Assembly: GCA_973895155.1 (NCBI GenBank)
Contig: OZ316898.1
Coordinates: 12,051,187-12,115,186, forward strand
DNA from: Marsupella aquatica
Lineage: Eukaryota; Plantae; Marchantiophyta
Reading direction: 5' to 3'
DNA length: 64,000 nucleotides
Shown: positions 52,251 through 61,446 of the stretch, piece after piece
How the letters are laid out: every line of letters begins with the position of its first letter
Numbering within the stretch: the first letter of the stretch is position 1
Notes under the pieces: model-generated
Told to the model about the DNA's origin: nothing
Seen by the model: the letters and a program-made list of their open reading frames with translations, nothing else
Databases searched by the model: none
Translations under genes and position numbers: made by a program

Positions 52251-54224
52251 CTAGAATGGGGTCCTCCTACTCCTTGTCGCCGGCCTCTTCCCCTTGTCCC
52301 TCTTGCGACGATCCGAACGTGGCACAGGAGGTGGTGCTGGCTGCTCCTCCACATCTGGTTCCTCCTCGTCCTCGTCCTCATCCTCTTCCTCCCCCTCCTG
52401 CTGGGAAACTCCTCCTACTGGTCCAGATCCACTACTCCCTCCTACCTTGGGCCCCTTTGTCGTGGTCCCCTCATTGTTCTCATCGGTGCTGCTGGTATCA
52501 CTGGCATCCTCATCATCCTGTTTGCACAGCACAACGCCAAATTGGTTTAGGTTTACGGAATGAAAAGATAAGTGGATTGGGTGGGAAAAACTGAAGGGGA
52601 TACATGCACTTACAGTCGCCAATTCTGCGTCAACCAAGTCAAAGAGATGTTTGGCTCCATGCGCAGCTCCTATCTCCATCTCTTTTGCTGTTATCTTCCT
52701 GCGGTACCTCTTATACTACCACAACCAAACATTCCAAAACCAAAATAGATCGAGGTTAATATGCTATAAACCCAAGAAAAATGCATGGAGGTGCTAATAG
52801 GGTGCCCCCTAACACAAAACTGGGCTCAATAACCCTTAGCGGTTTTTTTAAAACATAATACACACTTGCGAAACTCCCCACTTCGCAAATTCAAATAAAT
52901 TGGCTGTTTGCGAAGTAGTTTGCGAAGCGAGTTATTTCGCAATAGCTTCGCATTTACAACTTTAAAAAATGCCATGATAGACTTTGCGAAACATTTGCGA
53001 AGCAACCCGCATCACAAAAGCTTCGCAAACTCTGTTTTTAAAAAATTCCGAGAAATCTCTAAGGCACGCAATGTGTCAGGGTGACCTAAAGTACAAGGCA
53101 GGCCGTAAGAAAGAAACAAGAGGTATGCAGGGGGGGCATTGCAGGTTTGGATAGCAATTGAAAGCAAGGAAACAGAAGCAGGGGAGGAGAGGAGAGGGCC
53201 CACTCACAAGTGTGCTTTGAGGCCGGGAAGTCCACCTTGGCCCATCTTGTGCGTGGTCTTGGGCCGTTTGCTGACTCGCTCAGCTGCAAGGATGAATTTT
53301 TGGGGTGGTGCACCCACTTCATCCACAATGTGCTGCATGTGAGACACTTTCTCAGCCATTGCCTTGAGCTCTCGGTCGGACTTCCCGGCCTTCTGTGCCT
53401 TGGCTTCCATCTCCTTCCAGAAGAGAAGGTTCCTGGCAGCTCTCATCTGCACCTCCACTTTGTAAAAGGCATTCCACACGTCCTCAGTGAATTGCAGTGG
53501 CCTCCTCACGTTTCTGTACTCCTCCAAGTTTGCCAGGTAGGCCCTTACCTTCTTCCTATCATGGTACCGTGCTTGAGACATTGAATTGGAAATTCTATCT
53601 GCAAGCCACTGTTCATCAATCTCTGCTCCATTTCGAAATGAATCTTTGATTTGACTCATTACTTTCTTCTGGTCTGCCTTGCTGAGTTTCCCCCACTCAA
53701 CTCCTCGTGCAAAATTGGAGCGCACCATAAGCCTGATAGTGCTCTTTGCCCCGGTGTAGGCCAGTTCAGTAGGAATGCCTTCGATCAAGGCAATCATAGG
53801 CAGCTTCTTCCTCTCTTCCTCCTTCTTTCGCTGCTCCTCCCGCTGTGCTCTTAATTATCTCATCTCGTTCCTCTCTCCTCCTCTTCTTTTCTAGGGCAAC
53901 AGGTGAGACTACTCCTGCCTTGGCCCTCTCCTCCTTCTTACGCTTCTTCTCTCTTGCCTTCTGTTGAGCTGCACTCCTTTGCTCCTCCTCCCTTGCAATG
54001 TTCCCTGCATCTACTCCCGTTTGCAAGGCTTGCCCAAGGATTGCACTCAAAGAAGCAATCCCTGCTGGTGTAGTCAAATCTAAGTGGCTCAACTGCGCTG
54101 CATTGAGGTGCTCAGCCATCAAATCGGTCCATCGATTCCTCTCCTGCTCCCCATTGCCTTCATTCCCATTGCCACTCTCACTCACCCCTGCCCTATCACC
54201 TCCATTTGCTCCACTGGAATCCAT
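52251..54224 (-). pseudogene. TnpA-like (Ptta/En/Spm, Transposase_24-like) accessory gene of the CACTA element, frameshifted; exons ~54224-53208, ~52715 (or 52698)-52614, 52517-52251
   Basis: Basic coiled-coil N-region, then W..L....KK...(WGKLSKADQKK), RPLQFTEDVWNAF and RPKTTHKMGQGG, resembling the P..W..F and H..G..G motifs of CACTA TnpA proteins. Acidic/basic tail. The reading frame shifts near 53850 (...EIIK / RAQREEQRKKEEERKKLPMIALIEG). Family assignment is from motif memory. Confidence 0.6.
52866..53028. repeat. Internal TTCGCAA/TTGCGAA cluster in intron 1 of the TnpA-like gene
   Basis: About 9 copies in ~160 bp. Confidence 0.85.
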
Positions 54225-54338
54225 AGCCAAGCCACCCCCCGAGCGCGCGCGAGCTCCCTTCTCCCTCCCTACGCTTGAAATTTGTCAAATGCCGCTGAGT
54301 ACGCCGCGGCCGAGTGCAAAAGTACAAGCGGGAAAGAC

Positions 54339-54557
54339 TTGCGAAGCAACCCGTTTCGCAAGTTGCGATTCTTCTTGTTTCGCATATAGTTTCTCAATTT
54401 TGCAAAACCATTGCGACGTGAAAGGCTTCGCAACACCTTCGCTCTCTCGCAGAAATGCTCTCGGGCTCTGTTTTTTTGAAGGTCTTGCGAAAGCAGTAGC
54501 TTCGCAAACCTCAATTCTAATTTGTGATGGTATTTGCGAAGGAAGCGGCTTCGCAAG
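54339..54557. promoter_or_regulatory. Internal TTCGCAA/TTGCGAA cluster in the divergent promoter region between the TnpA-like and SET/TnpD units
   Basis: About 10 copies in ~220 bp just upstream of the minus-strand ATG at 54224. The regulatory role is inferred from position. Confidence 0.6.
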
Positions 54558-54689
54558 ACATTGGCAACTCGTCCTGGGGGAATGTTGGTTTCATTTGAAA
54601 GGGTTTTTTTCAAAGGTGAAGTGGACCCCTCTATACTCATATTTGGAATGCTTTTTGGCCATGTTTTGGGTGTTAGATAATAGTTGAAG

Positions 54690-55055
54690 GCGGGTTTGAA
54701 GGGTTAGGCAGATTTCAGGTTAATGGGTTATGTATGGTGTTGGTTTAGGCTAAGGTTTGGGTTTACATTAGTTTAGAAGAAATAATAAAGGTGTGGGATT
54801 TGGTTTACAAGAAATAAGTAAGGTTTGGGTTTAGGGTTTTAGGGTTTGGGGTTTTTAAATAGAAAGGTCTCTAGGGTTGAAGAAAGGTTTGGGTTTGTGT
54901 GTAAGTCAGATTTAGGTTTAATAGGTAGGATGCGGTTTGGGGTTGAAGGTTTGGATAAGACAAAGCAAGGTTTCATGAGATTTATATTGCAGCCTTTTGG
55001 GTTTAAGAGAGGTTCATTGGGTTTATGAATCAAAAGGGGATTGGCATGGGTTTTG
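54690..55055 (+). repeat. Degenerate telomere-like GGGTTT(A) tract
   Basis: Many gggttt/ggttta units, including gggtttagggttttagggtttggggttt at ~54826-54855. Confidence 0.75.
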
Positions 55056-55523
55056 CTAACAAAGGAGGGGAATATATGATAGCTTGCAGGGTGCGGCACT
55101 TTTTGATGATTTGATACTAATGCATATGCATTGTGAGAGCCCGGGCATCTGAAAGGTAAACATTGCATGATCGGCTAAAGTGTTCCTTTCATGTACTTAA
55201 CACTTTTGGTTGCCACTATGTATAAAGGGGACATGTATATAGGGTTTTTTGTTCTTGTCTGGTCCAGATTATTGTGCTTACATATACATGGAATGGTTGC
55301 AGCTTTTCCCTCATACTTTCAGATTGGGTTCATTAATTATCTTAGAGCCACAAGAGCTATTGGCACTGCTGAGCCCGGGTCTCATAAAGGTACCTTTTTT
55401 ATTGCTATGGTCATTTTGGTTTGGGTTTCTTGTCATCATTATTTGGGAACTTTGATTTATATCATTTTGTGGTTTGTTTTGGTCATAACATGCCCATTTT
55501 AATTATATCTTGTTACAGGGGAT

Positions 55524-56676
55524 ATGTCTTCATCTTCTGAAATCTCCACCACAGACTCGTCCTCCTCTGATGAAGATACACCACCTCCACCTCAACATCA
55601 CACGACCGCACCTCCTCCTCGCGGTCCACCCCGTCAACTTTGTGAATGTTCCAGATGTGTGGGTCAGGTTTCCCAAAAATCTTACATATGTGCCCAACAT
55701 ATTGAGAGATATGGGCGTTGTGGACGTCATACGGCAGGGGCTTCTTCATCTCATATGGTAAGTGTTATGCCTTAGTTTTCCTACCCTATTCCCATTACTC
55801 AATGGTTGAAGGTTTGCAATTTCACACCTACTTTTGTTTGTTTTGGTTTCGGTGGAATAGGTATCCAATAGGCCTAGACCTGCGGCACAAGCACCCTATG
55901 TCCCATCACAAGGTGTTCTAGATGCTATAGGCAATGCATTCTCAAAAGCCTTGGGTCTAGCGGCAAGGCCCACCAGTCCTAGGGAAGTTGGGGTTGAGGC
56001 TATTGTCCCAAGAGGGAGAAAGCGTTCCAAGAGGCGGGCCCGAGGGGATACTGATTTGTACAAGGCAGTGGTTACGGGTCGGTGGGGTGATTGTGAGTTC
56101 ACTGGCAGATGTGTCCCTATCATCAAGGACTGGGATCCTGAGACTCTTGGTTTGCCACAACAGCTTTCCTACGGTGCGGAGGTAGAGGTTTGGGGTAGAC
56201 GTTGGGTTATCAAACCTTCCACACTTGGGGATAGACATGGCTATGGAGTTTTTGCCTGTGAGGACATCATTGTGGACGCCGAGAGTGGTAGAGGTGGACG
56301 CGGCCGAGAGGGGCCTACTTTGTTTCCTTATGGTGGACCCATCTACAAGAGAAGACATTGGAACATGATCCTTGCACAACACCCTGAGTGGAAGACTTAT
56401 GCATTGGACATGGATACTTTTGATGGAAACACTAGAAGGTATAGTGAGCAGAGTGTCATAGATGGGGACCCCATACGGACTGGGAATATTGCTGGTTTCA
56501 TAAACAGTACCGTGGGGACTCGCCCTAAGCGTAGGCAAAATTGTGAGTGGGTTTTCATTGAGGGTCCTCCGCCAGCACCTTATGGCCAGACATATCATCA
56601 TGACCATTGCCTAGTTGTAGCAACAAGGACCATTAACTCAGGGGATGAGTTATTTACTCACTATGAGTGGGATTAG
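55524..56676 (+). CDS. CACTA-encoded SET-domain protein (putative lysine methyltransferase); exons 55524-55757 and 55861-56676, 349 aa
   Basis: SET motifs in order: VIKPSTLGDRHGYGVFACEDI (GxG), FPYGG (YxG), IDG...GNIAGFINST...NC, VVATRTINSGDELFTHY. Donor ATG|GTAAGT at 55757/8 and acceptor ttttgtttg...TAG| at 55860 join in phase 0 with no stop. A basic RGRKRSKRR putative NLS precedes the domain. Confidence 0.85.
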
Positions 56677-59600
56677 GGTTAAGTTAAGGGTCATAGGTGG
56701 TATGTTGCATATCAAAGGGCACTACATATGGCCTTTGGCCACATTTTGTATTTGCACCACAACCAATATTATTTCATTTTTGCACACCCCTAGCCCATTT
56801 TTGTGTGTGTTCTCTTTGCAATATAACTTTCAATTGTTTGCTTTGTTTTTAGAATGTGCGACCCTCTCCAAATATGTTACCACGGAGATTGAGAGCAACA
56901 TATCGAGAAATGGGTATGCCAGAAGAAGGACATGGATCAGAGTCACACTCCTCATCAAGTGCTAGTGGAAGCAGTAACCCTGATGAAGAGGTACCTCGGA
57001 TGGATGAACAAGTAACTGATGACCAGGATAGAGCCATGGATGACTTTATGGTTGATTGGTTTGGTGCCGACAACCTTGGTGATGACCTTCCCAATGAAGG
57101 GCAGGTGCCCCCCAATGATCCACGCCCAAGGCATACCCCTGAGGGACAACGCCAATGGGAAGAAGCAGAGGAACATGCCCGAACACCTATCTATGAGGGT
57201 GCTCGTTTGAGTCGTCTTTCAGCCATCTTGGGGTTGATGAACCTACAGGCCAAACACAAGGCAAGCAATGCCTTGTTATCTGATATGTTTGCACTTTGCC
57301 ATGACCTTATGTTGCCCACTGAGAATGTGTTGCCAGCAACTTGGAAGGAGGCAAAGAGTGTTCTCTCATCTATTGGCATGGAATATCATATTGTTCATGC
57401 ATGTGTGAATGATTGCATGTTATTTCATGGGGCCAATGCAAACATGACACAATGTACAACATGTGATGAGCCTCGCTATGACCCCAACATGCTAACAAAG
57501 AAGGTGCCAAGGAAGGCTGTTCGTTGGTTTCCCATCATTCCTCGGTTGTTGCACATGTATCGGTGTTCTGACTTGGCAGAGTTGATGGTATGGCATAAGA
57601 CTCATCGATCAGAGTCTGGTGTCATGCGGTTGCCAATTGACTCCCCTGCTCACAAACATATTGAGGCAACATGGCCAGACTTTGCACATGATCCTCGCCA
57701 TGTGAGGCTAGGATTGGCATCTGATGGAGTTAGCCCTCATTCACTTGGAGGAAAGGGGCAACCTACATCAGTTTGGCCTATGGTTGTCATGAATTATAAC
57801 CTCCCACCATGGCTATCCATGAAGAAGGGGTTCCTTTTATTGTCTTTGATTATCCCAGGTCCAAAAAAGGTGAAGAACTTTGACACTTACTTGGCACTAT
57901 TGGTTGGAGAACTTCAAAAATTATGGAATGGAGTGTGGGCATATGATGACAGGAAAATTACAGGAGGTTTTCCACGTGTCTTTCAATTGAGAGGGATCAT
58001 TTGTTGGACAATGCATGACTATCCTGGTAAGATGACTTCCATGCCATTTGCAACCCTTCAATAATGTGTAGTTCCTATTGATGTTTCTCATGTGACAACC
58101 CTAACATAAAGTTTGCATGGTTTGATTTCTTCTATGTAAGCAGGGTTTGGTTTTGTCTCTGGATTGCAAACTCAGGGGTACAAAGCTTGCTCTACTTGTG
58201 GCCCAAGCTTAGAGGACATGGCCACATATTGTTCATGGATTAGAAAGATTATTTATATTGGGCATACAAAGTTTCTTCCCATGGGGCATGAGATGAGGTT
58301 TGACCCACTTCTATTCTCCTCCTTTGACATGCCATTTGGTGATGAGCGTGAAATTCCTGATGCAACAAGTTTTGCACATTGGAAGTCACTAGCTAATAGG
58401 GTGGCAGACCCAAATGATTCCTTCACCTTTGATAGGACAGGTTTGACCAGGTGGAGTATACTAGCCACTTTGCCCTATTGGTCTGAGTTGAAGATCCGCC
58501 ATCTTTTAGACCCCATGCACATAGAGGGAAATGTGGGGAAGGCTTTGATAAAGCATTTTTATGGGGAGAAGGACACTAATTTTAGGGAGGCATGCGAGGA
58601 GATGGAAATGCATCCAGATGTTTGGGTGACAATTGATCCTATCACAGGTGTGGAGAATCGTCCTTCTGCTCCTTGGGTGTTGAGTGTTGGCCAAAGACGT
58701 GAATTTCGGAACCGTATAGGAGAGATGCGGTTTCCTACAGGCTATGGTGCCAACCTTCGAAAAGCTTTTGGGATGGAGGACAATCACAAGTGGCCACGAT
58801 ATCTGAAGACACATGACTATCATCGCCTATTGCAGCATATATTGCCAGTGGCAATTATAGGTATAGGGAGTGAAGAAGTGCAAGATGCCATCTGGTCATT
58901 GGGTCGTTTGTTGAGATGGATATGCTCAAAGGAGATATATGTAGAAGAGATCCCTGGGATGGAGGTATTGGCAGCTGAGGTGGTATGCAAGTTGGAGAAA
59001 GCCCTTCCTCCTTCCTTCTTTGATTGTCAGGTTCATTTACTTGTGCATCTTGTGCGGGAGGTTGCCATTGCAGGTCCAGTGCATTGTAGATGGATGTATT
59101 GGCTTGAGCGTTACATGGCGGTGTTGAAGGCTTATGTACGTAACCGTGCACGGGTGGAGGGAAGCATAGCTACAGGATACTTGGCAGCAGAGAGTATGTT
59201 TTATTGTAGTAACATCTTGGCCACCATTGATCCTACTTGTCCACGTACTTGGATGGAGGAAAGAGAAGAGGAGGAGGACCGTTTAACAGGTGCCACAAAA
59301 ACACGCATGTTGACATCAACAGAGTGGTCACAGTTGACAACATTTATGTTGAGTAATAGTAATATCATGGAGAAATGGAGAGAGTTTTATGAGAATGCCA
59401 AGAGAACAAGTCAAAGAGCAAGAATTTTTCCTAAGATGCATGAGTATATGAAGCAAAAGTTGCTTGAGTTGGATGACATGGTGACACAAGGAGGAGATGT
59501 GTCCCACTTTCCTACCATCACAGATGACGTTCGGACCATTGTTCATGGCCCTTTGAGAGTGGTGACATCCAAGACGGCTATGTGGACACAAGGGAGACAC

Positions 59601-60343
59601 TTCAGGTCCACTAGTACCTAACCTTTCTTCCTCTATTAATTCATGTAGACCTTATTTTGATTAGTTATTTCTATTGTTTAAAAACTTTCTATTATCATTA
59701 ATGACATCCATAACTGTAATGTTGGCTTCTATATTTATGCCATAGGCCATGTGGGTTTTGGCTATTTAGGGATGGGTGTCATATTTTGATGATTATTACA
59801 TTAATGGTATCTTTTACAGTGTAATAAAAATTTGTGGGTTTTGTTAATTTTAGGGTTTCTTCCCTTGATGAGAAGAGGGGTCGTACTTTTGATTGTGGAG
59901 TTCAAGGGGAATTTTCTCAAGACTCCAGAAGCAGCCGCCATGACAGGAACATTGTTAGAGATGTTGTGCCACACTATGGGAAGATAGAGGAGATCTTGGT
60001 GGTATCATATGACAACCATTCAAAGTTTGAGGAATATGTCTTCAAGTGCAAGTGGTTCAAAGTGAACCTTGTTGGTCAAAATTGCACTGTACTTCAAGAT
60101 GAGAGTGGGTTTACACGGTTGAAGACAAGTGCCACTAGTGTTCAAGCATCTCATTGGCAAACGTCAGAACCATTTGCTTTCCCATCACACTTGGAGCAAT
60201 GTTTCTACATTCCATACCCCTTAGACACCGAGTGGTCAATTGTCATCACCTATGTGCCACGTTCTCGTTCCATTGTTTCTGAGAAGCCAGATGTTATTGT
60301 ATCAGACCTAGATGACCTTGAGGCCGATGAGGACCAAGTGTGA
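55524..60343 (+). CDS. CACTA TnpD-type transposase (Transposase_21 + DUF4218 + DUF4216 type); exons 55524-55757, 56853-58026, 58144-59605, 59854-60343, ~1119 aa, apparently intact
   Basis: HACVNDCMLF...CTTCDEPRY, RWFPIIPRL, DSPAHK..DPRHVRLGLASDG, SVWP..MNYNLPPW, IIPGPK, HDYP|GFGFVSG..GYKACSTC, LDPMHIEGNV, LKTHDYH, PPSFFD.QVHLLVHL, GPVHCRWMY.LERYM..LK.YVRNRARVEGSI, HYGKIEEI...FKCKWF, EPFAFP..QCFY. Splice phases 0/1/2 are consistent and the total is 3360 nt. Use of exon 1 is inferred. Confidence 0.9.
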
Positions 60344-60808
60344 GGGACATATTTATATGCACTTGGGTCCAGCCTAGACATTTGTTCATGTTATATTTGA
60401 TTTGTTCATGTTTGGTGATATAAAAAAAAGGATTGTCTATATTTATATTTGCCATTCACTTTTGAATGAGTCATACTCATGACATATGTATTGTATTGTT
60501 TTATTGTGATCACTTGTGAATTTTACATGCAACTTTCTATCTAACCTCTGTTGCTCAATATAACTTTATTTCCTACTTATTCCATAATTTTCATTCTCAC
60601 CCTCGTGTTTCCCTCCTCCGTGGTACGTCTGTCCCTCCTCCTCCCTTCCTCTTTCTCCTCCCTCCTTCCTCTTCCATTGTACTCCCTCCCTTTTCCATCC
60701 TTCATTGTACCTCCCTCCATCATCCCTTCCTCTTCCCTCCTGCCCCATCCATATATTGGACCATCCACCCTCTTCATTGTCTCACCTCACAATAACCTTA
60801 ATTTTTAG

Positions 60809-61284
60809 TTTGCGAACAATTTGCGAAGCTCACAAACTCTCACCGGACTCGCAATTTATATGAAGCTTCTCGTTTCTCAATATTTCCATACTACACTCTT
60901 CGCAAACTTGTGATGCAAAATCAATCACAAATTTCATATTTTCAGCGTTTCGCAAATCTTCCATCCTCCGACATTCTTAAACTTGTCAAACAACTACTAT
61001 CGCAAAACATTTTCAATCCAATATTCTTCGCAAATATTTACATGAGTTAGTTTCAGAGTCGGCGAGCGATTTTTCCGTCTTCGGAAGGTGCCTTTCCATT
61101 CGACGCATTTCAGTAAAAATTGCAAAACCACTTACTTCGCAATTTATTAGCGATATAATGCGCTTCAGCTATTATATTTGCGATAGGGATAGAATCGCAA
61201 ATTGCGATGCGGGTTGATTCGCAAAATATGCAAAGCGCCGCCCATCAGAAATACAAGAGCGTCGACAAAAATACCTTCGCAAAA
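60809..61284. repeat. Right subterminal array of (T/A)TCGCAA / TTGCGA(A/T) motifs
   Basis: About 13 copies in both orientations, preceded by a C/T-rich tract at ~60595-60790. Confidence 0.85.
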
Positions 61285-61446
61285 GTGTCAAATATGTTGT
61301 AGTGATTCAGTCAAGTCCTACAAAACTCTGAATTAAAAAGGATTTTTGAGAGGAGTTTCCCAAAAGTGACAGAACACATCTTACAGACTAAAATAGCGTT
61401 GATTTTCTCATCTGACTCCAATAATGACAATTGATCACAAGAGTAT

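Larger units (their letters stand above)
51568..61304 (+). mobile_element. Complete CACTA (En/Spm) DNA transposon, 9,737 bp
   Basis: Left end CACTACAACA (51568-51577) and right end TGTTGTAGTG (61295-61304), with imperfect extension to ACAC(C)TTTTGCGAA. 3-bp TSD ATT at 51565-51567 and 61305-61307. Subterminal repeat arrays and an internal TnpD-type transposase are present. Confidence 0.97.

Noticed and set aside
53842-53912. A small intron that could bypass the TnpA-like frameshift
   Set aside because: The interval is purine-rich and coding-like on the sense strand, with no polypyrimidine tract. A small indel is the simpler explanation.
53998-54687. 229-aa plus-strand ORF and 123-aa minus ORF inside the CACTA element
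   Set aside because: Antisense to the TnpA-like exon and running through the TTCGCAA motif cluster. The F/A/C/R-rich translation reflects the repeats.
55957-56607. 216-aa minus-strand ORF
   Set aside because: Antisense shadow of the SET exon.
51591-61284. Repeat clusters as a CRISPR-like array
   Set aside because: 7-bp motifs in both orientations with irregular spacing in a eukaryotic transposon. There is no repeat-spacer periodicity and no cas genes.
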